From positions 397,175-461,174 of the forward strand of contig NW_026515636.1 of assembly GCF_000738915.1 (NCBI RefSeq): a stretch of 64,000 nucleotides of DNA, in the 5' to 3' direction. The stretch comes from Nematocida ausubeli. Its lineage: Eukaryota. A program made the position numbers and the translations under genes. Positions 9,001 through 19,918 of the stretch are shown piece after piece; positions within the stretch are counted from its first letter, which is position 1, and every line of letters starts with the position of its first letter. Under the pieces are notes generated by a model, which ran no database searches, was not told where the DNA came from, and worked only from the letters and a program-made list of their open reading frames with translations.

Positions 9001-12000
9001 TTATTTTAAGATCTGCTTGGTTTGGTCAAGATATGCCACTATCTCTCTTGCATAGACAATAACTGAAGCAATCGGAGCAAGCGCGCACAGCCCGGCGATA
9101 TGCTGCATCGCTTCAATGCACGCTTTGTTAATATCTCTAGCAAACCGGCCACCGCAAGAGCACCTCTGTGACAAAGCACTTTTACTTGGAAGTTTGCAAA
9201 GAGAGCACTTTTTCTCCATTTTAACTGCTGTCTCTGCTACTGTATGCATTTTCTGAATAAAGCATTTTTCCAAGACATCCCGTGAGAATATCCTGCAGCA
9301 CTTTCTGCATCGAAGATCTATTTTTCGTTTCTCCAACAGTAGATCACTGAAAAATGTATCTCCATACATACATTCCTCCAGCCATTTGCGAGAAGGAGGC
9401 TGTGATTTGAAAGATGTTCCTGCTGAGCACCTGCACTCCACTAAAACACATATACTCTCACCAAAGCCTGCCTGCATCTCCTCAGAAAAAGGACTTAGCT
9501 CAACTAGACGCGCAGCCTTCCTAGGAAAGTCCCCCTGTGAAAACTTAAGCCCGAATATTTTTATAAAGAGCCTAGCAGCTGAGATGCCCTCTGATTGATT
9601 CTGCTGATATACAAATTGAATCCACTCTAGCGCCTGCAAGTCGTCTTTTTCAAGCAAATCATCTACTGCCTGTGAGGGCACCTTTGTTATAAAGGACTGC
9701 ACTTTTTCTCCCGACAAGAATATTTTCCTATAGTTTGCAGAGTCTACAAAAACAGCCTGACTAAGCCAGTCTACTACATCAATCTGCAATAGAGAGCCGT
9801 ATGTGCGCGAAGTAACTTCTGACAAAGCATAGTTAGTTTGCACCTGGGCTTGCTGCAAGGTGCTCTGTCCTGTGTGCAGAATTAGCTCTTCCGAGTCTGC
9901 AGATACTACTTCACAGCCTGCTGCATTGATTGCGGAAACAATTCTGGCAATGAACTTGGTTTGCAGCAAGGAAGCCTTCTCAGACAGACGCGCGGGCAGA
10001 GCTGAGTCTATTCCAGGCGTGCGAAGCCAGAATGAAACTGATCTTGCGAGTGAGTTGGCTCCTTCCTCCTGCTGTATGCATGAGTATACAATATGTTTTG
10101 CAAGGTCCTGTAAAGCATGCATTTCTGGGCAAAGAGCATATGAAGATCTTTCTTCCCGCAGAAGAGTATCTGCCTCAATAAGACTCAGAAGAACTGAGCC
10201 TGATACAGACACTACAGAGGATATTCCTGTGTAGATGCCCTCCTTGCAGAACTCTGTTTTGAAGGGATTTTCATCTACTCTACCAGGAGAATAGTGCTTT
10301 TTCCTCATAAGGAAGGAGTCATTCCATCCCAGAATTTGCCGGCTCTTTCTCTTCCTATGGTAGAGTAAATCAAGCACTAGTGTTTCGCAGGGCCAGTCAC
10401 CTGGAAGAACGGGAATATCTGCGTATGAAGCCAGCTGGGTCAAGCTTAATGCCTTTTTAGCTGCACGATGCAAAGCAGAAATTAATTCTTTTCTAACATG
10501 ATCGGGCAACTCATCTACCTTAATAGAAATTGTCTTAGAACTCTTAGAGGGGTTCTCTTCAGTAGCGGTTGGGTTTTCATCAATATTTGCAGTGTCTTCC
10601 TCTTTCTCGATTGGTTGTTCATCTGTAGCAGTGCTGGGTTGCTGACTAGTTGTTTCTGGCATTTCACGGCTTGTCTTTCCTGTCTTGCTTGCCTTTGGCT
10701 TTACTATCCCTGTGTCTACTAGAACAAAGAAATGATTAACTTTTAGAGCAGGCACTGCAGGTGTGCAGAAAACCAGCCCAGGTGCCTTTTTTTTGAGGGA
10801 TGCAACAAGGTCTTTCTGAGAAGTGAACATCTCAACTCCTGGAGAAGATTGCATTGCTGTTATAGAAGGTATGCTAGAGCCATCTATGCCGCTGTATAGA
10901 GCATAGATTGGTTTTCTATGCAATATGCATTTTGCTAGCGCGTATACTGCGACCTTTTCATACCGCAAATTGCACAGTGCTGCTATTCTAGATGGGGTGT
11001 TCAGCTCATATATTCCACGCACTTCTGGTGTTTCTAATAGAGCTGTATGCCGGTGGAATCTAGTTTTAAACTCTGCAGTGTCCATTTCTATTTTAACAAA
11101 ATCTCTGCGGCCAGTAAGACCAACGGCAAAAGATACAAGCCTCTCTGCATGGATTGCTGGGCTCAAAGAAGTATATGCAGATGCAATTCTATCCAAAACA
11201 GGCGAGTCAGCATGCAGATAGAATACTTTCTTCAGAGGAACCACTTTCTCTACAAAGCAATTGTTCTCGAAATAAACTGCAGTATACCTGTCCTCAGAGG
11301 CCTCTCTAATAAATACAGCAGGCACTCGTGCATCTGGCGCCTCTTTGAGTCTTCTTGCTCTTTCATCTGCCTCTTTATCAGTTGTGATGAAGTTTGTCAG
11401 CTTCTGGAACTCTGTTATCTTTGCATCCATGTGGTTTGCAGTGCTTTTCTGTTTTTCTTGTTTCTGCTTGGGATTCTTTATGCCAGAGTTCTCACCAATA
11501 CTGTTCTCGTTCAGCGATGCATTCTCAGGCATATTCTCCACTAAGGAGTCTTTAATCTGAAGCTCTTCCAGTGTCACCGCACCCACATTCTCTTCTCCTA
11601 TTAATTCTTTTGCTACCTCCGCTTTCTTAGAAGCACACGGGAGGAAGTCTGTGATTTTTCTATGCCGAATTGCCCAGGAAGGCGCCTGTACTCTGTGCAC
11701 TGGATTTGAAATGCCCTGCAAAGAAGCCGGCACAATAAGTATTCGAGTGATTATACTGGAGAGCCTCTCTAAATAGTACGACCAGTCAATTATCTCCCGA
11801 ATATCCTCAGGAACCACTTTTACCTCCAGCCACTTCTGCAGATATCTTGTTCTTGTCTCCGGATCAGAGTGGAATACTGCCTGCGGGACTGATCGTGATG
11901 TAACAGGAGCATTCTCTGGGTACTTAACAATAATAAAAGAGCATGCGGTGCCTTTAGCAGCCACGCCCTGCCCAAGCAGTTCTGAAAGTCTTGCTGCTGC

Positions 12001-15000
12001 TGTAAGACTGGTTGACTTTACAGAAGAGTACGCATCTGCGCTCTTTCCTAGACTGCGGGTTTCTCCAAAGTACCCGAAAATCACATCCTGCGACATAGAC
12101 TCTGCGCGTGTTTCTATAATATCAATCCAGTAGTCTGCACACTCTGCCAGAACAGCATAGCACTCCTGTAGTGTTTTTCCTTGTAAAAGAAGATTAAAAG
12201 TCTCTTCTTGGAAGGCCTTCACAAATTTTAGCTCTCCTCGCCTTTTAAACTCGAACCCCTTTAGCTCAGATATTTTTTCTGCGCTATTTATAACAATGTA
12301 TCTTTTCTTAATGGACTCCCCTTCCTTCATCGAGCCCGGCAGAAACATTGCCTTGTACGGACCATCAATCTCAAAGCGTATGGAGTTCTCTGTGCTGACT
12401 GTGTACTCCCCTGATTCCTCCTTTTTAAGATACTGCGGGTTACTGAATTTATCAAGCAGCATAAAGTTCAGAAGAGAGCATATGTACGAGAACCTCACAG
12501 ATCCATCTGGCGTGTTAAGCGTGTAGTTTAGAGGGAACGACTCAGGCAGCAGGGCCCATATTCCGTCTGTGTCAAGCTCTAGCGTTATTCCAAATGCATC
12601 AATTACGGCCTTGGTGTTCTGTATGATATTGCTGCCTGTCTGGCACACCACAGCTGCCATTTCCATAGAGTGCCATCTAGCGCCCTTTTTCATAACATAT
12701 CCATAGAACGAGTTGAGAACACACTTATGTGCAATTTGCAGAGAATCATATATCCCGGCCTTTTTCTTCCAGTCTCCTGCTAGCTGTGCATCTTCTTTCT
12801 CTGCCTTCTTCGCTTGCTCCTTTGCCTCCTTAGCCAGTCTTTTATACTCATTTCTTCGGTCTCGAAACTTCCTTACAGCATTTACATAAAATGGATTCTC
12901 TCTTTGGCAAATAATGCTTTCTTTGTCCTCTATAACAATCTCCCTTGTCTTTTTGCTTGTGTTTTTTGCATGCACAATGAGATTATCTCGCAAGCACTCC
13001 TCGAATGACTGCTGCCTTGGTGTGTCCTTTTTATACGGCTGATTTCCCTTCTTATCTATTGCTTCCTCGGCTTTTGTTTTCTCCTGCACATTCTGTGCTC
13101 TTTTACGCGCTATGAACATATTTCTTGTCTTCTTTGTTATTGCCTGCACATCTTTTTTTCCAACTGCAAGCACCTCTGCCCTGCCCTTCCATCTCATTTT
13201 TCTTTGGCAGGTGTCCTTCTCTGGTGCATATGCGCAGTGCGCGCATGCCTTATCGTCCATCACTGCAGTTGGCTGCAGCCTATTGGTAAGAATAATGTTT
13301 GGGTACATCGCCCCCACATCCAGATGGTAAATATGCGGCTTCATTCGAGCCTTGTCTGACTTTTGCAAAATGCGCAACTTCTCCTGTATCTCTGATATCA
13401 CCTGGCTCCTGTTATAGCACTCCTTCCCCTCTAGCTCTGAATCTACCACACAGCCTACCTGCTCCACCATCTTTTCCAGGTCTTGTCTGTTGAATGAAAA
13501 TTCGTATTCAAAGTCTGACCTGTATAGACCAGACTTAAGACACTCTACATGCCCTCCTACGTATGACAGCGACTCCGCCATATACCCATTGTAGTTGTGC
13601 AGAATGTGTGACTTTTTCTTTGAAGGTATCAGCACTCCGCACCCGTACGCCTCCTTCATCAGAAGAGCCTCACAGAGTGTTCCAGACCCCTTTCGCAGCA
13701 CATCATCAGGCGGCAGCGGAATGAGCGACGCAAGCGAGAAAATAAATGGATGGACATACTTCAAGTACAGAAAGTGTGTTGCCACTGCATCAGAAACAGA
13801 GTAGGATGCCATCAATTTAGGGTTGCTCTTTGCACACTCCACCATATACTCTGGGTCTATTTCATCTGGGAAATACCCAAGCTTGGCCTTTGTCACGCTC
13901 TTCAGACCCTGGCTGCCTGCCGGAAGGTAGCTGTCTCTTTTTACCCACTTGTAGCAGTCTAGGTGCAAAATGTGATGACATATGTATTCCTCCATCGCAG
14001 TTTTATAGAAGCCTATTGACGTCTGCATGTTAATTCCATGCACTGCCAGTCTAGCCTCCACAAACGGCCAGTCGAAAAAGTCTCCGTTATACGTTGTGAC
14101 TACATGCGGCTTATACGCCAGCAAGATCTCTACAAACTTATTCAGAACGTTTTTCTCATTTTTTTCGTTGCAGATCTCAAACTCCCCTCCAATGTCACTT
14201 TTTGGCCTGAACTCAAACGGCATAATGTCTTCTCCAACTATTTCCCTGTTTGTAATCAGCCATCCGTCCTGGGTACTCATTATCGATATCATCATAACCT
14301 GGTCCTTATCTGCAGATGGAAATTTAAGAGGGTCTTTGGTTGTTTCAATATCAAATGAGAAAATTCTAAGATCTGGCGGAAGAACCCGCGTTGACGGCCC
14401 TATAATGTATCCTCCCATGTACTGCACAGTGTACCACTTTCCTGCGTTGATATCCAGCTCAATTGCCATTTGAATGCTCGCCGAAATGTCATATTCGCAT
14501 ATGCTCAGTATGTACTCTTCTGGGTCTGGCAAAAGGCAGGCTCTTTTTTCTTTCGCAAAAAGAAGAGTCACTGCGCTTTCCTTCTGCCGCGCTGTATTTC
14601 TCCTTGTGATTTCATCTATCTCCTTTCTAATCTGCTGGGCATCCTTCTCAGAGTACATGCTTATCACAAGGTACTCTGATCCGTCAGTTGCCAGATGGTT
14701 CATCTTCTGGAGATCTGTTCTGGTGGCTATGCCCGTGGCCTTTATGCTGTCTGGATACCGCCCGTTCAGGTAATCCTCAACCGAAGAGAGCGAGGATGCA
14801 GCAACCTCTAGAAGTATCTTTGGGGAGAACGGCATCTCTACCCGAAAATTGTTATTTTCCGCGTCTATAAAGTAGAATACTGCAGTTGTGAGAAGCCTCT
14901 TTTTCTCAGAAGACATTATGTCTTTTACCTGATAATTTAAAAGCCACCCTTCTTTCGCAGCTTCTCCACTATACATATTGTATTTAAAGTAGTCTGCAAG

Positions 15001-15027
15001 TATACTCGCATCCCATGCATTTTCCAT
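9001..15027 (-). CDS. POL2: DNA polymerase epsilon catalytic subunit
   Basis: EGWLLN, FDIETTKDPLKFP (ExoI), TYNGDFFDWPF, WVKRDSYLPAGSQGLK, YSVSDAVAT, YHLDVGAMYPNIILTNRLQP, AHKCVLNSFYGY, LELDTDGIW, ELKGFEFKRRGEL, and C-terminal Cys clusters. Confidence 0.98.
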   Translation of the reverse strand: MENAWDASILADYFKYNMYSGEAAKEGWLLNYQVKDIMSSEKKRLLTTAVFYFIDAENNNFRVEMPFSPKILLEVAASSLSSVEDYLNGRYPDSIKATGIATRTDLQKMNHLATDGSEYLVISMYSEKDAQQIRKEIDEITRRNTARQKESAVTLLFAKEKRACLLPDPEEYILSICEYDISASIQMAIELDINAGKWYTVQYMGGYIIGPSTRVLPPDLRIFSFDIETTKDPLKFPSADKDQVMMISIMSTQDGWLITNREIVGEDIMPFEFRPKSDIGGEFEICNEKNEKNVLNKFVEILLAYKPHVVTTYNGDFFDWPFVEARLAVHGINMQTSIGFYKTAMEEYICHHILHLDCYKWVKRDSYLPAGSQGLKSVTKAKLGYFPDEIDPEYMVECAKSNPKLMASYSVSDAVATHFLYLKYVHPFIFSLASLIPLPPDDVLRKGSGTLCEALLMKEAYGCGVLIPSKKKSHILHNYNGYMAESLSYVGGHVECLKSGLYRSDFEYEFSFNRQDLEKMVEQVGCVVDSELEGKECYNRSQVISEIQEKLRILQKSDKARMKPHIYHLDVGAMYPNIILTNRLQPTAVMDDKACAHCAYAPEKDTCQRKMRWKGRAEVLAVGKKDVQAITKKTRNMFIARKRAQNVQEKTKAEEAIDKKGNQPYKKDTPRQQSFEECLRDNLIVHAKNTSKKTREIVIEDKESIICQRENPFYVNAVRKFRDRRNEYKRLAKEAKEQAKKAEKEDAQLAGDWKKKAGIYDSLQIAHKCVLNSFYGYVMKKGARWHSMEMAAVVCQTGSNIIQNTKAVIDAFGITLELDTDGIWALLPESFPLNYTLNTPDGSVRFSYICSLLNFMLLDKFSNPQYLKKEESGEYTVSTENSIRFEIDGPYKAMFLPGSMKEGESIKKRYIVINSAEKISELKGFEFKRRGELKFVKAFQEETFNLLLQGKTLQECYAVLAECADYWIDIIETRAESMSQDVIFGYFGETRSLGKSADAYSSVKSTSLTAAARLSELLGQGVAAKGTACSFIIVKYPENAPVTSRSVPQAVFHSDPETRTRYLQKWLEVKVVPEDIREIIDWSYYLERLSSIITRILIVPASLQGISNPVHRVQAPSWAIRHRKITDFLPCASKKAEVAKELIGEENVGAVTLEELQIKDSLVENMPENASLNENSIGENSGIKNPKQKQEKQKSTANHMDAKITEFQKLTNFITTDKEADERARRLKEAPDARVPAVFIREASEDRYTAVYFENNCFVEKVVPLKKVFYLHADSPVLDRIASAYTSLSPAIHAERLVSFAVGLTGRRDFVKIEMDTAEFKTRFHRHTALLETPEVRGIYELNTPSRIAALCNLRYEKVAVYALAKCILHRKPIYALYSGIDGSSIPSITAMQSSPGVEMFTSQKDLVASLKKKAPGLVFCTPAVPALKVNHFFVLVDTGIVKPKASKTGKTSREMPETTSQQPSTATDEQPIEKEEDTANIDENPTATEENPSKSSKTISIKVDELPDHVRKELISALHRAAKKALSLTQLASYADIPVLPGDWPCETLVLDLLYHRKRKSRQILGWNDSFLMRKKHYSPGRVDENPFKTEFCKEGIYTGISSVVSVSGSVLLSLIEADTLLREERSSYALCPEMHALQDLAKHIVYSCIQQEEGANSLARSVSFWLRTPGIDSALPARLSEKASLLQTKFIARIVSAINAAGCEVVSADSEELILHTGQSTLQQAQVQTNYALSEVTSRTYGSLLQIDVVDWLSQAVFVDSANYRKIFLSGEKVQSFITKVPSQAVDDLLEKDDLQALEWIQFVYQQNQSEGISAARLFIKIFGLKFSQGDFPRKAARLVELSPFSEEMQAGFGESICVLVECRCSAGTSFKSQPPSRKWLEECMYGDTFFSDLLLEKRKIDLRCRKCCRIFSRDVLEKCFIQKMHTVAETAVKMEKKCSLCKLPSKSALSQRCSCGGRFARDINKACIEAMQHIAGLCALAPIASVIVYAREIVAYLDQTKQILK

Positions 15028-15077
15028 GTGAATAAAAAAAATGCAGGCAATATAGTGTAGGCTCCTCTTTATTTTCG

Positions 15078-15755
15078 CTAATAGTTTCTGTGCGCTCTAA
15101 TGGATTTCAAAAGAGCTTCATCTTCTGTTCTTTTTTCAAGCTCATGCAACAGGCCTTTTATTGCAGCCACCCGAATAGGTCTTCCCATGTCATGTTTGTT
15201 GAATATTAGAATAGAATCGCCTGTCAGCATATATCTACCTCCACTGCCTAAAACACTAGAACTAGTCTGTTCAACGCTATTAACACTCCGAGCAAATCTT
15301 CTATGCATTTCTACCATGTTTATGTCTTTGCTAAGTGCATTCTGGATGGATTCAGGATATTCATATTTTTTATTGAAAATTACATATGCAAAGATTGTAA
15401 TTGTCAGAACGCTGAATACCAGTGCAATGATGCCAGAGAGGACATGGATTATTTTTACTCTTGATATATCTATGTACTCTGGGTTAGGTCTGCTCTGTGC
15501 CTTGTTATTTTTTTTGACATCTTCGTCTTCCAGAAGGATATCCTCTTCACCAAACCTTAATTGATTTATCAGGCGTGCTTTTCTCATTTCTGTAAGATGG
15601 CTTTTTGTAGAGATGAATATAAACAGGGCGCTTATTGCAATTGCTGCTGTAATTATAATAATAGAAATTCCTAAGGAACTATGTCTTTTGCTCTTCAATA
15701 TATTCACTTCTGTAAGTATATTTCTAATTTCATCTTTACCTAAGAGTTCTGGCAT
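15078..15755 (-). CDS. Hypothetical 2-TM membrane protein (225 aa), likely paralogue of 7902..8582
   Basis: ATG 15755 is immediately preceded by AAATTTTTCCCCC. Two TM segments, then RRFARSVNS, MLT..I, RPI. Confidence 0.72.
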   Translation of the reverse strand: MPELLGKDEIRNILTEVNILKSKRHSSLGISIIIITAAIAISALFIFISTKSHLTEMRKARLINQLRFGEEDILLEDEDVKKNNKAQSRPNPEYIDISRVKIIHVLSGIIALVFSVLTITIFAYVIFNKKYEYPESIQNALSKDINMVEMHRRFARSVNSVEQTSSSVLGSGGRYMLTGDSILIFNKHDMGRPIRVAAIKGLLHELEKRTEDEALLKSIRAHRNY

Positions 15756-15768
15756 GGGGGAAAAATTT
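15756..15768 (-). promoter_or_regulatory. Microsporidian AAATTT/CCC start-proximal signal
   Basis: Minus strand reads AAATTTTTCCCCC-ATG, matching the known microsporidian CCC-like motif directly upstream of start codons. Confidence 0.65.
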
Positions 15769-16446
15769 AAAAAGCGGTAACTAAACCTTATTATGCAAAA
15801 AGAAAATAACAACATATAATGTGTTTCACTCTCTAAATATACAGAAACCCTCCTTACCTGTACGTTGTATATATGTATTCTTTGCTGCCATGTAGTTTAT
15901 TTTTGGTAGACTTAAAATAGCATTCATCTAGGCTAGTGCCTGAATAACATCCAGCACTGTACATAAAGAACAAGAATCAAGCAGCAAATGTAGTTTGCAT
16001 ACCTGAGTGCATGTATTTCTCCTGCCTCAATATTCTAACATTCAACTAAACCTCAATCACTATGATTTTCTGGTCCTTCTGTGAAGAACCTGCAGTAGCA
16101 TAGTCAGCCGCAATACACTTTGAGAATAATTTGCATTTACTCAATACTTCTTGGCTGCTTTTATCCTTGCATAGATGGATAAACACAGAGTTTCTAATAA
16201 CATATCCCTCACTAATGCAGTCACAAAGTAGATGCCAGAATGCTCATTCTAGCATGGTGCAGTATTCAAAGCATTCAAATCCACTGCAATTTAGTGCTGG
16301 CGCCTTTTCTTTGTACAATTTATTTTTCCGTAACTAGATGATTTCCATACTATATTATGTCTTTTATACAATGCTTACATAAATTAGCAAAACTATCAAA
16401 AGGATTATACTCTAAACGATAAAAGAAAAATATATTGGGCTGAAGT

Positions 16447-16701
16447 ATGAGAAACTATGCAGTGAAATATATAGTGGCTATTTTTGTTTCCATAAAGTAT
16501 GTTCTTAGTGTAGGCATGGACAATATTATGGTGTTTACTGGAGACATCGTGCCTATAGAAAGACTACCACATGTAATATCGGAAATAGGCTGTGGTAAAA
16601 TTACCACTCCTTCGGAAATTCCTTATACCGACAGGGGGTTCAAAAATAAAATGATAGCGATTGTAATTCATCACTATCTCAATATCAAAACCCTACTATA
16701 A
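16447..16701 (+). CDS. Signal-peptide-bearing short ORF, probably the detached N-terminus of 16708..18510
   Basis: MRNYAVKYIVAIFVSIKYVLS resembles a signal peptide. Same frame as the next ORF, separated only by TAA ATA CAG. Confidence 0.45.
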   Translation: MRNYAVKYIVAIFVSIKYVLSVGMDNIMVFTGDIVPIERLPHVISEIGCGKITTPSEIPYTDRGFKNKMIAIVIHHYLNIKTLL

Positions 16702-16707
16702 ATACAG

Positions 16708-18510
16708 ATGCAATTCTGCAATGGGAGCAGCAGGTGGTGGACAATGGAAAGAGCAATGAAATATATAAGAAAGACTACCGGACATGGCAAGTCAAATATG
16801 AATCCAAGATCCCAGCGAGATACGCAGGACATGAATAAAAGTTCTTCTTTAAGTAAGATGTTGTCCCTCTTGGGTTATTACTTCCAGGCTATGACGCTTC
16901 CGCCATCGTGGCACGTCATAGGCAAATACCTAGCTTCTAGCGCCCAAAACTCTATTGATAAAAATGAAATTATAGACTGCCAGGCGAGAGCTCAGAAAAG
17001 AATCCGGATTAAACAAATAATAAAAGCAGAAAAAATACAGAGAAATGTACAAAGAGACATAGAAACAGAAGCGGACACGCTGGATGGCCTAGATAACGTC
17101 CTAGAAAGCAACCAAAGCTGCGCAGCTTGCAGAGGTCTTCTCAGGTCAATAGAAGAGTTCTCAGAAGAACATCTATCAATGAATCTTTACCCGCCTGATG
17201 AAGACTACAGATCAATAAACCCAAAGGCATGCAGCTTCATGGCGATTAGCAAGCTGAACCCTATCCAGCACGCCTACATACAGAATGTGCTCCGCATGGC
17301 ACCAAACTACACGTGCTCCAAAAACTACAAGGAATTTGAGCACCGCGATATTAATGCTTTGGATAATATAGAGTCATACTCTGTTGAAATGCGGATGCTT
17401 GAGGCACATAACCAGATGAAGAAATTTTACACCGAACTAAAAGAAATTCGCGAGAAGCTTTTGGAGCCGCAACTGAAAATGAGCGCCTTCAAGGACTTTG
17501 AAATAGCAGCACAAACATACTTTGCATATATCAATAGGCAGGTTGCGAAATTTTCAGATGTGCTATTGGGATTCACATACAATAAAAAGACACTCAATAC
17601 ATTGAAAGAAAGAAAAAAAGCTCTGCACCTTGCGCATCCCAAAAATGAGGCAGAAAGACGACAAAAGGAGTATATAATGGCAAATAAAAGTAAATTTTAT
17701 CCGGAAATTGAGCATGCTGCATTTGCAAAGGGCGCTATGCTCAACATGATATTCCAGATAGAAGAACTAGTCCCGCACATTGATGCCATATATAATATTA
17801 TTAAACAAGGAGGTAGTGATGCACCCATTGATCTAAATTGTATAAAAAAGCATATTCCAGAGCTGAAAAAAGCACTGGCAAAGTCTTTTGATAGCATAAT
17901 TGACTTTAACCCCGATTCCTTTGATAATGAGATGCTTTCTAATGCCGGAGCTACAATGGAGGAAGCTCTAAAGATATTTAGGCCTATGATGCATATAGTA
18001 ACCAGAAGCGCGATAGAAATCTTTGCTCAACTTGACAAAGTAGATGAGTGTCTAATAAAAGACCTTGCTCCTGACTCCAATGGTACTAACCCCCGTGTTA
18101 AAACACCAGCAGATATGCCCAAAAAAGGATCCACAACAGCGGAAAAAGACAATCCTTCTAAGTTAAATAAAAAGCCTGCGATAGATCAAACAGATGAGTC
18201 CGATCACGGTCCCCAACCATCTGGAGATTCTGTCTGCAGTGAAAGAGAGAAAGATCAGGCTAAAAGAATAGCAGATACTTATGCAAAAACTCTTGATGTA
18301 ATGATGGAGTTCATAAAGGGTTTGTGTGCCTCTATACACAATAACTACCTTTCTGATAGTGATATTGTGGATAAGAATGAGGAAAAGGACAATAATGGCT
18401 TTGATTATATGTTTCCATCGCTTGTTCAAAAAAGCGAACAACTCAAAAATCAACTAAAATCTGTTGACACCCTGCGAAATCGCCCAGGAACAAACTCAGA
18501 CGAATTATAA
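16708..18510 (+). CDS. Hypothetical lineage-specific helical protein (600 aa)
   Basis: Long ORF with charged helical composition and a low-complexity insert. No recognisable domain. Confidence 0.7.
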   Translation: MQFCNGSSRWWTMERAMKYIRKTTGHGKSNMNPRSQRDTQDMNKSSSLSKMLSLLGYYFQAMTLPPSWHVIGKYLASSAQNSIDKNEIIDCQARAQKRIRIKQIIKAEKIQRNVQRDIETEADTLDGLDNVLESNQSCAACRGLLRSIEEFSEEHLSMNLYPPDEDYRSINPKACSFMAISKLNPIQHAYIQNVLRMAPNYTCSKNYKEFEHRDINALDNIESYSVEMRMLEAHNQMKKFYTELKEIREKLLEPQLKMSAFKDFEIAAQTYFAYINRQVAKFSDVLLGFTYNKKTLNTLKERKKALHLAHPKNEAERRQKEYIMANKSKFYPEIEHAAFAKGAMLNMIFQIEELVPHIDAIYNIIKQGGSDAPIDLNCIKKHIPELKKALAKSFDSIIDFNPDSFDNEMLSNAGATMEEALKIFRPMMHIVTRSAIEIFAQLDKVDECLIKDLAPDSNGTNPRVKTPADMPKKGSTTAEKDNPSKLNKKPAIDQTDESDHGPQPSGDSVCSEREKDQAKRIADTYAKTLDVMMEFIKGLCASIHNNYLSDSDIVDKNEEKDNNGFDYMFPSLVQKSEQLKNQLKSVDTLRNRPGTNSDEL

Positions 18511-19918
18511 AGTACACGGATGCCTCATCTGCATATCTCCAATAGAGAAATAGCTATATGCAAATAAATTTCTGTTTTCTCAAAGACCTAGTGTTTTACA
18601 TATTTAAAGCTTAAATATTTTAGTATATTTTGCTATTTTAATTCTTCCCTATAATTTTTAGCTCTTTTACTTAATTCATTGATTTCTTTTCTACACTGCA
18701 TATTGCAGCTTAAATTCTTATGCCAACACAATGCACACTACAGATGTTTTTTTAGATTATTTTTCTAAAATTTGTCTTCTCTTAAATATGTTTTCATTGC
18801 AGTATCTATATCAGTTTATTCGCATAACATAACATGAGTTTATAAATTAAATATGAAAGAAGCAGGATCAGGAGACTCTTTAGGGTTGTTCCATATTGTC
18901 TATATCTTGCTGGTGTCCCTCTTTGTTTCTTTTTTAATGATTCTTTCATTTTTTTTGCTTTGGCTACTTACATTTCTTTTGCTGCAGTGCATTATTTCTA
19001 TCATAGAGCTAATTCTACTCACACTCCTTTAGTTTATCCTTTTTCATAAAATTCCATTGTTTTTTTGATATTCAATAGAAGCGATTTTGAATATACTTTA
19101 TCCAGAAAGTCTTATGAAAATTTGGGTTTTATACGAAGAGAAAGAACTTCAGCAGTATTTAGAAAAAAGAAGTCTGTGTAAATACATTCAGCGCATATAG
19201 AAACATTCTTCAAGAAGCTTTCTTTAAAATAACAAGGCCTATCTGGCATGTTACTGTGTTTAGGCTTAAGACATACTGTCTTTAGAGCATACTAATAATA
19301 AACTTTTCGATTTTCTGGGCTGTTTCGTATTATTTGCATACTTTTAACCCATAAAGAACATTTTATTTTAAGTCAAAATATAAAATTATATGGGCTTAGG
19401 TAAATATATGCAATAGTATAATTACAGAAGAATTAATATAAAAAATCCTGTTAAATGTAACTATTGCGCGAATCTGCTTATTAACCCACTGAATATAGGA
19501 ATTAAATACCCAATTAAAACAGGTAAATTATACCTCTTGCATAAGATCTTCTGTACCTCAAAAACCTCTACTTTCCTTCTGTGAATATCTTTACTTATAT
19601 ATCTCGTTATTCATTTGCTTCAACTACTCTGTTATTTTTTCTTTGTAAAACTGCATTCTGTTGGTGCTCAGATTGTAATACTTGTGTTTTAGTGGTCTCT
19701 CATAATTATTTATTTGCAATTCTTCTTAGTATAAGAAAACTCTCAAGGAGTAATAGCTCTACAAAAATTGTCATGTGCACTAATTAAAATTCATAAGCCG
19801 GTAGACCACCTATCAAACGGCTCTTAAATATATTATAAATGGCCCAGCGATCTTTAATAAAGCCACCAATAATTAAAGCGGGTTATAAAATCACTTTCAG
19901 TTTGATTTACTTATTAAG

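Noticed and set aside
9386..14870. Many plus-strand ORFs within POL2 (and likewise within KAP95, TAF6, VMA2, SEN1 and others)
   Set aside because: Antisense shadows with Ser/Phe/Leu-rich composition and no motifs.
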